From positions 1 to 64,000 of IMG/VR virus record IMGVR_UViG_3300036987_000083: a stretch of DNA of 64,000 nucleotides, one strand, 5' to 3'. The DNA is from a virus. This document shows positions 1 to 8,695 of this stretch, in pieces (the stretch's first letter is position 1; the number at the start of each line of letters is the position of its first letter). The notes beneath the pieces were generated by a model. The model did not search any database. It saw nothing but the letters and a program-made list of their open reading frames with translations, and was not told where the DNA came from. The position numbers and the translations under genes are program-made.

Positions 1-24
1 CCCCCCACTAGAAGTACCAAGTAT

Positions 25-765
25 TTAGCGCTGAGAAGGGCATCGCGCGAGCATGCGCTCCCCCATCCCCGTGATGGAGAACAGGACTCGCCCTTGACGG
101 CCCACTCCGTTGCGGCGGATGTAACCACGCTGCGCCAGCTTCATCCACTCGGGGAGCATTTCGGTGGGGGGAGCAAAGGGACCGGAAGACAGCAGTCGGA
201 GGATGCCTTCTACCTCAGGAGTGACTGGCGTGAGCATGAGACTCATGACGCTTCCTCTCTTTCAGAATACAACATACCACTAGTGACTTCCGTTGTCAAG
301 CGCCCGTGTCTGGTACGGCAGTAACGTAATCCACCCAGAAGTCCTCGGCTTTGACTCTGTTGTCGCTGGAGCCCCAGCGGGGGACGCCAGCCTCAGTGAT
401 TGGCTCCTTAGTCTTCGGGTCGACCCCAATTACAACGAGCGCAAGGTATACCCAGTCCCTACTGAAGGACCCGTCCGCCTGCCGCCTGAGGACTCTCCTT
501 CCGGGCCGTATTGCGGGTCTGACTCTGAAGGTCACCCCGGCTCCCACCCGTAGCCGTGTTCCTCTGTCGTGCTGAGCTTCCCGTCTGGAAGGACTTCCCG
601 CCAGTACCAGTGGTTAGAGAGGCCGTATTCGCCCCAGAAGGACCCCCGGGTGATTTTCACCTTGCGGCCATCAGGGTGGAGGACGATATCGCCAATACTG
701 AAGGGCGGGCCACCCAGCACGGACTCGGTTAATTCTTTTGCCCAGTTGGAAACGCTCATTGCCAC
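25..765 (-). CDS. Three small hypothetical genes (25-246, 296-547, 532-765)
   Basis: Co-oriented ORFs; TTGACA-17-TATGTT promoter near 270-295 upstream of 25-246; no family recognised. Confidence 0.5.
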
Positions 766-815
766 TCCTTACGCAAGTTTGGGTGCCTGGAGACTTGGGC
801 CTAGGTTCTTGCTGC

Positions 816-1331
816 TCACCTAATGATTCTCACAACGCCCGGCGTGCCCTTGCCGTGCTTCGCATTCATCTCGGCCACACGCTTCTCCACCGTCTCAGGC
901 TTGATGGGGACGTAGATGATTTCGGGTCCGAAGGTCATGACGAGCAACACGTAGCCCGCGTCACGGTGCTTGGCCGCCAGCTTCTGGAACTTCTTCTCCA
1001 GTTTGGCATCTTCCTTGGCCTTGAGGTCCGCTTCCACCAACTCCCCGATGAAGAGGTCCTCGCTCATCTTCAGTGGCGTTCCGTCGCCCCATTCACTGGG
1101 GACCGGAGGCTGCGCCTGAATGAAGGCGTTCCAGCGCGCACGATTGGCGGGGTCGATGAAGTCCACGTCATTAGGACCGCCCGTCCCGTGATTCGAGGTA
1201 AAGCCGACCTTCACTCCATCCCAGTACATCTCAGCCGTGAAGGCATTGGTCTCCTCGGAGAGGGAGGGGGAGTGCTTAATCTTCCGGAGGGTAACAACCA
1301 TCTGAGGGGCAAGCTGGGCGGCTGCTGACAT
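816..1331 (-). CDS. Conserved phage-type hypothetical protein (171 aa)
   Basis: Motif LRKIKH..SEETNAFTA..Y.DG....SNHGTGG resembles phage hypotheticals; GGAG RBS; upstream TTGACA promoter at 1387-1392. Confidence 0.7.
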   Translation of the reverse strand: MSAAAQLAPQMVVTLRKIKHSPSLSEETNAFTAEMYWDGVKVGFTSNHGTGGPNDVDFIDPANRARWNAFIQAQPPVPSEWGDGTPLKMSEDLFIGELVEADLKAKEDAKLEKKFQKLAAKHRDAGYVLLVMTFGPEIIYVPIKPETVEKRVAEMNAKHGKGTPGVVRIIR

Positions 1332-1436
1332 GTGGTGCTCCTTGGGGGTTGAGTGCCCACAAGTAGTACCACGTTCGGACTGCGATTGTCAAGCACAACA
1401 CGCGACCATGTGGTCGTTCCGGCCAGGGCGGAAAGC

Positions 1437-1465
1437 AAAAAAAAAGCGGAGGCCGTAGCCCCCGC
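1437..1465 (-). terminator. Intrinsic terminator
   Basis: GCGGGGGC-TACG-GCCTCCGC hairpin followed by T9 on the minus strand. Confidence 0.85.
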
Positions 1466-1524
1466 TTTAAGCTCCAGTCCGTGTTGCCTACCCGCCGTCG
1501 CCCGCATCGGAGCCCGTTAGGAGC

Positions 1525-2745
1525 CTATGCCGGAGGCAGGCTGCTGACGAACTTCTCGGCGTCCACGAAGGTGCTGAACGCTTGCGGGTGACAGAGCATG
1601 TTGAAGGACTTCCACCGTCCAACCGTGGGGTCCACGGGCGCTCCGAGGGTCACAAAGCGCCGGAAAATGATGCGTGAGTTGCGCCCGCTCCGGATGGCCC
1701 GAGCCATCTTGTTAGCCTCGTCTTCGTTCGCTGGGACTGCGTTTTCGTAGCGGAGCATGTCCGCCACCTCTGGACCATGGACTTCAGCCACGATGAAGAC
1801 CACATGGTGAGTTGCCTTCGGGGTCTTGGTAGTCATGGGAGGGGGTATCCAGTCTGAAATCCGAGGTTTTGAAGGTCTTTCATGGAGACCTTGAAAATCT
1901 TTCGAGGGCCGATCGCAGCAATGACCTTTGCGTTGAGCCAACCACGCCCAGGGTCTGGAAGAGACTGCCCAAGCTGGGCACAAGAAAAGACGTGCCAGTG
2001 TGGGTACTTCTTGGTGTCGTAGTTCTCCAAGTCCTTGGGGACCTTGATTTTCGCGGCTTTCGCCAGCGGAACCAGCATCTCGATCATCAGGTAGGCCATG
2101 TGTTTCTCCTTGAAGCCCCTATACTACCGGTTGACTGCCGTTGTCAAGTTGAAGTCCGCACAAAAGCGTCCGGGTGGGCGATGCACGCCGCAAGACACGC
2201 TTCGACAAACGGGAGAAAGTGCTCGTACATCCCCCAGCCATTTGCTGCATTGAGTTGCTCGAAGTGCGCTGGCCGCGAGCGGAGGTCGTCGAGACCGACT
2301 GAGAGCAGCGGGATGAGTTCCCGCGCATACGTCAGCGGTGGCACCGCTTCATTTGGGTGCCAGAGCGCCTGGTAAATGCCCGCCGCCTCCGCCATCGGCC
2401 CAAGGTTGTGGGTGATGTTCCTGTCGAAGTACGTCATGCGCCTCTGAAGGGTGTGCTCGTGTTGGTGAGTGCACTCGTTACAGTGGTGCGTTTCGGTAAC
2501 CAGCTCGGCTGGCCCTTCCAGATAGAAATCAAGGCTCATGGTTACCGCTCCTCTCGGATCTTGATGCGAATTGCCCGCTCGCCCGGCTTCAACTCAAATC
2601 CCGGGTAGTCGGCCGCGTACCAGAGACTGCCCCGCTTCACAGCCATGCCCGTTCGACCCGGCCAATCCGCCAGCATGTGCATGGTGGGAACAGCGTCCTC
2701 CTCCACCACCTTATTTGTCTTGAGGTCTACGATTTGGAATCTCAT
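1525..2745 (-). CDS. Four hypothetical genes (1525-1836, 1833-2099, 2144-2539, 2542-2745)
   Basis: Coupled ORFs, two TTGACA promoters (about 2141, about 2774); 2144-2539 carries the phage-conserved motif NITHNLGPMAEAAG...NGWG. Confidence 0.65.
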
Positions 2746-2776
2746 ACCCCCTTTTACCACCAGTTGACTGCCGTTG

Positions 2777-3118
2777 TCAAGGCCTCGGAGCCGTCTCTTT
2801 CTCCCGCTCGGTCCAGAAGCGCTCAGCGCTGAGGATGGCTGCTCGCATCTTGGAGGCCCCACTAGGGTTGGCGGAGTGGACCATGCAGGTGATTCTGCTT
2901 AGGGTGCCCTTAGCTGCCTGCTCCTCAATCCAGCAGGCTACGTCGTAGCCGTTACCGGCATCACCGAGGTGCTCTCCCAAGTCGTGGTCCAAGCTACAGC
3001 CGGTGATGTCCCCCACCTTGAGGCGCTCGATGGTTTCAGGGGCCGTATAGGTCCTGACAGCGAAGCCCGGAGGCGTCGCCCGCTCGTCGTCGAGGTATAG
3101 CCATTTTTCCTGAGCCAT
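2777..3118 (-). CDS. Cyclic-phosphate-processing receiver (REC)-like domain protein
   Basis: LYLDDER..P, SLDHDLG, GYD, HSANP.G motifs typical of this RNA-repair-associated family. Confidence 0.75.
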   Translation of the reverse strand: MAQEKWLYLDDERATPPGFAVRTYTAPETIERLKVGDITGCSLDHDLGEHLGDAGNGYDVACWIEEQAAKGTLSRITCMVHSANPSGASKMRAAILSAERFWTEREKETAPRP

Positions 3119-3603
3119 TAGAGCCCCTCGTCCCCATCGATTTCACTGATGCAGCTACAATTGGAGCAGCCACCTGGAATCGGGATGGCGTGACAGTTAC
3201 AGTCGCACGCTTCATCCCCTGTGGCGACTTCAGGCAAGCCACCCTCAATGAGCTTGAGTCCTAGCTTCTTCTGTTTTTCACCTGGCGCAAGAGGGACCCC
3301 GGGCTTCTCGGCAGCCAGCTTGGCTGCGATGTCTGGATGCCGAAGAAGGAACAGCGCCCAAGCGTCTGCAGGGGAGTAGGTATCTTCCAGCAGCTTCTGG
3401 TTACCGCCCTCCTCCAAGATGCGCTGGGCAGCCGCAGCAGCGAGAGCCTTGAAAACCTGGCGTGAAGCCTTGAAGTAGGCTTTCTGGTCCTTGTTGACGC
3501 CGACCTTCATCATCTTGAGTGCGTTATCCACCAAGTCTTTGATAGCTGTGTCGTAGAAAGTCTGTGCGAGGCCAAGTACCTTTGGGTCCCGGGTGTCACT
3601 CAT
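3118..3603 (-). CDS. Hypothetical protein (161 aa, Cys-rich C-terminus)
   Basis: ATG 6 nt after the -10 of a TTGACA promoter; coupled to the REC gene. Confidence 0.65.
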   Translation of the reverse strand: MSDTRDPKVLGLAQTFYDTAIKDLVDNALKMMKVGVNKDQKAYFKASRQVFKALAAAAAQRILEEGGNQKLLEDTYSPADAWALFLLRHPDIAAKLAAEKPGVPLAPGEKQKKLGLKLIEGGLPEVATGDEACDCNCHAIPIPGGCSNCSCISEIDGDEGL

Positions 3604-3712
3604 GCGCTACCAGTAGCACGTTGCGACTACGGTTGTCAACGTCGCTTGATGTGCTTGACACTGAACTGCAATCCGTGTATAGAGGGTTCATCCACACTAA
3701 CCGGAGAAATCC

Positions 3713-4412
3713 ATGAGCACGAGATGTCAGATCCAAGTCGAGGGTAGCAGGGTCCTTTTGTATATCCATGCGGATGGGTACTGCTCGGGCATCCTCCCTA
3801 CGCTGTTGCCCTTCGTGGCGAAGTTCCAGAAGGTTCGTGGGGACGACCCCGAGTTCATGTCGGCGCGCACCCTTCAGGCGTTCATGAATGCCTACGACAA
3901 GGCTTTCCCTGACGACTATGAGGGACACCTCAGCGGGTTTGGGGTGGACACGGAGGTCCACGGGGATACGGAGTATCTCTACGTGGTGCGAGCCGGGGGA
4001 GCCGTAGAGGTGTGGCGTGCCCGAGGTGGAAAGAACCTCGGTGTGTTCCCCGTGGGCACTGACCCAGAAGTAGCGTTGACACAGCTTGGGGATGACGGGA
4101 CGTGAAGCCGTGGCTGAATTGACTTACAAAATGGCAACCCGTTCCGTCGGCTCGGTCGTCATCGTGAAGAACGCGAGCAAGAAGCTGCCTGAGGGCACCA
4201 TGGGTGTCCTTGTTCGCTGTTGGAAGGACTACGGGCTTCAGTGGGGTTGGCGAGAGACAGTAGAGGACGCAGTCAATCTTTTCCTGGCCGATGGCAAATG
4301 GTACCGGACGCGTCTCGCCAACATTGAATTGCTGGAGGTCGGTCCTGCCGAGAAGGAGCAAGCGGACGACCTACTCATTGCCTATATGGCCGCAGGGTCT
4401 CCCCGAGGTTGA
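3713..4412 (+). CDS. Two hypothetical genes (3713-4105, about 4086-4412)
   Basis: Divergent promoter TTGACA 3655-3660; GGAG RBS; first ORF has MSTR...Y.H.DGY, a motif common in phage hypotheticals. Confidence 0.65.
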
Positions 4413-4422
4413 GGTCCGACGC

Positions 4423-4626
4423 CTAGTAGTGACAGTCGTCTTCAACGAAGTCATCTTCAAGCAGAAAGATGAGCGTCGCACGGCTGATGTAGTGCGCGTC
4501 TGCGTCATGCTCTGGATGCTTGGGGTTTGAGGTCCCCTTGGGAGCCCCCTTAATGCGGAGCAGCTCGCCATCCATCGCCTTAAGCTTTTCGAGTAACCGC
4601 TTGAGCTTCCTGGTTGGAGTATTCAT
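4423..4626 (-). CDS. Small hypothetical gene directly downstream of the CRISPR array
   Basis: AAGGAG RBS; ATG 63 nt after the last repeat. Confidence 0.55.
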   Translation of the reverse strand: MNTPTRKLKRLLEKLKAMDGELLRIKGAPKGTSNPKHPEHDADAHYISRATLIFLLEDDFVEDDCHY

Positions 4627-4689
4627 GGAGTCTCCTTAACTGCCTTGTGCCATTTTCGGGTTGTGCGGTGCGTGTCGTGCAGCGGGCAC

Positions 4690-5447
4690 GTCTCGATTTC
4701 ACAGCCATCGAGCTGGCTTTGTTACATTCGTCATCGGCGTCGCCAATACACTCGTGAGGCTGTCTCGATTTCACAGCCATCGAGCTGGCTTTGTTACAAC
4801 TCGCACCACCGCCGTGGGCGCCGGGGGGACAGCGTCTCGATTTCACAGCCATCGAGCTGGCTTTGTTACGATCGCCGAAGGCACCATCCGCACCGTGATG
4901 GTGAAGTCTCGATTTCACAGCCATCGAGCTGGCTTTGTTACGACGGCGCCGCCCTTCATCGCCAAGAGCACTCCGATGTCTCGATTTCATAGCCATCGAG
5001 CTGGCTTTGTTACAGCGGCTGCTGAAGGCCCCGAGCATCATCGGTGAGTAGTCTCGATTTCACAGCCATCGAGCTGGCTTTGTTACGCGGTTCGCAACTC
5101 ACACTCGGCGTCAGCACCTCCTCGTCTCGATTTCACAGCCATCGAGCTGGCTTTGTTACGTCGCAGATAGACTGAAGGCGCATGCGAGGATCAGGTCTCG
5201 ATTTCACAGCCATCGAGCTGGCTTTGTTACGTGCCCAGAAAGGGCGGGCTGCAAAGCGCGGGTCTCGTCTCGATTTCACAGCCATCGAGCTGGCTTTGTT
5301 ACTCGACTTCCACCGAACGAATCAGACGGGCGGCGCTCGTCTCGATTTCACAGCCATCGAGCTGGCTTTGTTACATCGCTTCGGGCGCGCCAAGCCGTTA
5401 GGCGGTCGGAGGTCTCGATTTCACAGCCATCGAGCTGGCTTTGTTAC
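4690..5447 (-). CRISPR. CRISPR array: 11 repeats (36 bp), 10 spacers (35-37 bp)
   Basis: Plus-strand repeat GTCTCGATTTCACAGCCATCGAGCTGGCTTTGTTAC starts at 4690, 4762, 4834, 4906, 4978 (C>T at 4990), 5051, 5124, 5195, 5267, 5339, 5412. Transcribed sense GTAACAAAGCCAG-CTCGAT-GGCTGTGAA-ATCGAG-AC has a 3' hairpin like Cas12m repeats. Confidence 0.98.
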
Positions 5448-5591
5448 CTACCTTGAAGTTCCCAAAACAGTTCTCAGTGGTTGGACCCTCCTTTTCGAGC
5501 GAGTCCCTTACGCCGGTATCCTTGGCGGCCCAAGTTCTGTGCGTTGTTTACTAACTATTTAATTTTCAAAGAACAACTGGCTGCGAGCGGT
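5448..5591 (-). promoter_or_regulatory. CRISPR leader
   Basis: 144-bp non-coding segment between the cas stop and the first repeat, with an AT-rich core (5546-5575). Confidence 0.75.
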
Positions 5592-7355
5592 CTAAGCAGC
5601 CTGAGCCCCATTGAGGCGCTCGTTAAGGATGCGCAATAGATTGGAAGCTGCGTTGTAGTCTCGGTCCCAAGTGGCCGCACACTGCGAGCATGTATGCTCC
5701 GTGGTCTTCTTGCCGTTCCAAGTATCGACATAGAGGCACTTGTGGCAAGTGCGTGAAGTGTTCTTGGGGGGAAGCATTTCTACCTGTGCTCCATATTTTG
5801 AGGCGGCTGCCTTGATTGACTGCACCAATTCGGAGGGAGCGGCCATCGTGCGATGGTGCCGAGAGCTAGAATTTACTCCCCCGGATCCGTTTTCCGGTGA
5901 AGCCGACCTGGTGAAGGGTGCAAGGCTCAGCTTTTCCAAGCCGATGTTCGCATACGTTCGTGCGAGTTGCGCAGAAAAAATACGGAACTCCTCTTTGCGG
6001 GCACGAAGCACGGCGTCCCTCTCGTGCGCTTCCCAAGCCCAGAGGTGATCATCGTGTTGCCACCAAGCCAGAAGCGAATCCACTATAGTGGTATCCCCCT
6101 CTAAGCGGTGTTTGAGCCAGTTGGACACAAAACCCTTTAACTTTGTGGAGGAGCGAGACTGCACCATTCGAGCGGAGAGCTGACGGAGCCAGCTTGGCCA
6201 CGCGGTGGTGTCATGCTGGCTCAGCCATTCACCGAGGAAGCCTTTCGCTAAATTGAATTCAACATCCCGGTGCCCCCGGATAATGTTGGGGTGTTGCATG
6301 CGCCGGATTAGCCCTTCTGAAAGCAGAAGCTCCCCGTGCGCTCCAAGAGAATCCTTCCAGTACGCCACGCGAATGCCGGTCATCTCCTTCTCGGAGTCAT
6401 GCCCTCGCCAGCCCAAATCAATGGCGACAGAGGCTTCCTGTAGATTCTTGGTAGGAAGAAATGTTTTGGACTCCACCACAAACTGCACCTTGTACTTCCA
6501 GTTAGACGCCAGCTTTCCGTTCCGCGTGAGTGTCTGCGAGGGTCCGTTACGATACCTAAGCAGTCGGACTGCCATGACACGTGCATCCAGGGGGAGCGGG
6601 CGGTGGAGCACCATGGGAAGTTCTGCCCACATGGGTTTACGCTTAGCATCCGAGCAGACTCGAAAACGAATCAAGGTTCGCTGCTTTGCGCGCCGTCCCG
6701 AAGCTTGCCCTTCTTGTGCATCTGAAATAGGCGCAAGCTGGAACTGACTGTCATTGCCACTGAGTAGTTGTGCTACGGTACGTCCTTTTTGGAGTTGAAC
6801 CTCAAGCTGCCCCGTCCCGTCCCAATCCTTGAACTGCGGTGGGGTTGGATGCTGCTTGGCCGCATCCACTGCTTGCTTGCAGTTATTGTAGTTGCTCCAA
6901 TAAAGGCCGCTTCGACGCGTCTCTGCCACCCTAAGCTCGTATGCTGCTTTGTTGATGGCCTCTCGCTTGGCGAGGAGAGCTGGATCCTTCGTTCTCGCTT
7001 TCTTGATTGTCTGCAATTCTGCTCGTGCAGCCTTGAGCTTTAGCTTCAGCTCCTTTGTAGCGGCCACCAGCAAGTCGGTGCCTTGTTGCTTGGAGCGCGC
7101 AGTCTTGATGCTGGCGTAGGCCTCTTTGACCTGAGCATCAAGCGCATCTACGACTGCCTTTTGCTTTGCCGCCATCTCGTCTTCGTAGGACAAGGCGGAT
7201 TGCTTGCGTCTCCTGTCTCGCTCCAGCCCAACGAGCACATTCTTAAAGCGATGACAGCGCTGAAGCTGAGAGTCGATTAGCTCCGCACCGGAAGTCGGCG
7301 GGAGACACCCGTACTCATACACCCGCGATGGCAGCTCACTTGTCTTGCGTCGCAT
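5592..7355 (-). CDS. cas12m: Type V-M (V-U1) Cas12m-like effector, 587 aa
   Basis: RVYEYGCLPP N-terminus, long helical REC region, LYWSNYN, WDGTGQLEVQLQ, LPMVLHRPLP, RuvC-I IDLGWR, RuvC-II LEKL, CxxC..CxxC Zn finger, RuvC-III DRDYNAA; abuts the array. Confidence 0.85.
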   Translation of the reverse strand: MRRKTSELPSRVYEYGCLPPTSGAELIDSQLQRCHRFKNVLVGLERDRRRKQSALSYEDEMAAKQKAVVDALDAQVKEAYASIKTARSKQQGTDLLVAATKELKLKLKAARAELQTIKKARTKDPALLAKREAINKAAYELRVAETRRSGLYWSNYNNCKQAVDAAKQHPTPPQFKDWDGTGQLEVQLQKGRTVAQLLSGNDSQFQLAPISDAQEGQASGRRAKQRTLIRFRVCSDAKRKPMWAELPMVLHRPLPLDARVMAVRLLRYRNGPSQTLTRNGKLASNWKYKVQFVVESKTFLPTKNLQEASVAIDLGWRGHDSEKEMTGIRVAYWKDSLGAHGELLLSEGLIRRMQHPNIIRGHRDVEFNLAKGFLGEWLSQHDTTAWPSWLRQLSARMVQSRSSTKLKGFVSNWLKHRLEGDTTIVDSLLAWWQHDDHLWAWEAHERDAVLRARKEEFRIFSAQLARTYANIGLEKLSLAPFTRSASPENGSGGVNSSSRHHRTMAAPSELVQSIKAAASKYGAQVEMLPPKNTSRTCHKCLYVDTWNGKKTTEHTCSQCAATWDRDYNAASNLLRILNERLNGAQAA

Positions 7356-7396
7356 CAGCTTTCCTTCGGGAGTGGAGGTTGTTTGGATCTGCCCCT

Positions 7397-7468
7397 CTTA
7401 TACTACTCGGACTCCGAGTTGTCAAGAGCCCATGTCACTTGACAAACACGGTTCTACTGTGCTACCGG
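7397..7468. promoter_or_regulatory. Back-to-back sigma70-type promoters (cas12m leftward; 7475 operon rightward)
   Basis: Minus: TTGACA(7425-7420)-17-TATAAG(7402-7397). Plus: TTGACA(7439-7444)-18-TACCGG, ATG at 7475. Confidence 0.75.
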
Positions 7469-7474
7469 TGGTGT

Positions 7475-8695
7475 ATGCCCCCTAAGAGCCTTACAAAGTG
7501 CGTGGTCCGAGACTGCAGAGCTACTCCACCACACTGTGGTCACTGTCAGAGGAGTCCGAGTGACGGTGCTCACGAGATGGATCTACGCACCGCGCGTCAG
7601 TCTGATTGCTGGCCTGAGTACGTAGAGGTTCAGTGCATCAATTGCCACAAAGACGGCTATACAAAGCTGGTTCCGACACAGGTTGACTGGAGTTGCTCCT
7701 AATGGACTGCGGATTTCAGTGTTTTACGGTTGATGCTCCTGGGGCGGATCCCACTTGTCCCATCCACAGCCGGATTGCGGGGGAGCGGGCGGCGGTCGAG
7801 CTTGCGTGGCGGGAGGTAACTGCCGAGCATACTGCGCAGCTTGAGGAGCAGGAGGCGCGCATCGCACGGCTGGAAGAATTGGTTACATCACTGCGGGATG
7901 CTGTGGCAGGCATTCGAGGCTATCTGGAGCTTGATGAGTAAGCGAGACGACATGAAGTGCTACGCCTGCAACGGTAGCGGCTACTACGACAACACAGGCA
8001 GCCCTAAGTGCAGCTCTTGTGGTGGAACTGGTAAGCGAAAGAAGCAGATGAAGCCGAGCAATCCACGTCAGGTCGTTCTCTTCCTCAAGGACTGGTACAA
8101 ACCTGGGTCTGCCATGAAGGCACGCAATGTGCCTCTGAAGGAGAAGCCCGATGTGCTTTGGACTCTCTTCCGAGAGACGGATTTAGCCAGTCCCCCAAAG
8201 CTTCCTATTGTCCCTGTGGTTCGAATCAATGCGTGGCCGGAAGATTATCTCCATGACTGGAATTGGCGTCGTGGCGAACTCATCTACTCTTCACGGTGCG
8301 CGGATGGTCCTGTGTGGATTTTGCTGGAGTACCAGGGCACGCAGTACTGACGGCCGACCACGTGGTCGCTTGCGGAATTCTCCACCTCGCGCTAGAAACC
8401 CGCCTCGATGACGATGAGGTATGTGGACAGGAAACGTCAAGCAGCCCAGTATCATCGGGATCTTGTTGCAGTGAACGTAGCGAAGGGGTTGGAGTTGGCC
8501 CAGCGACAGCGCGGGGAGCTGCTCACCCCGCCCGAGCACAGTGAACTTGAGCTTACTGCATTGCTTTCCGTATATCTCGTAGCCTTACAGGTTACGGGCT
8601 TCGTAGACGATGAGGCTGCGCAAGGCCGGATATTTCAACGGGCTACGAAGTTGGCGGAGGAGAAGTTGGGGACGGCACTGGAAGTGCTTCGTTAG
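7475..8695 (+). CDS. Operon of small genes (7475-7702, 7702-7941, 7934-8350 with CxxCxGxG Zn-finger pair, 8408-8695)
   Basis: Overlapping start/stop codons; Cys motifs CYACNGSG and CSSCGGTG. Confidence 0.6.

Noticed and set aside
4580-5562. ORFs 4580-5041, 4645-4992, 4661-5047 and 5182-5562
   Set aside because: They are translations of CRISPR repeats and spacers (periodic SRFHSHRAGFV / NKASSMA), not genes.
5592-7355. IS200/IS605 TnpB transposon interpretation
   Set aside because: No tnpA and no evident IS ends; the protein is larger than typical TnpB and is directly linked to a leader and array with a Cas12m-like repeat.
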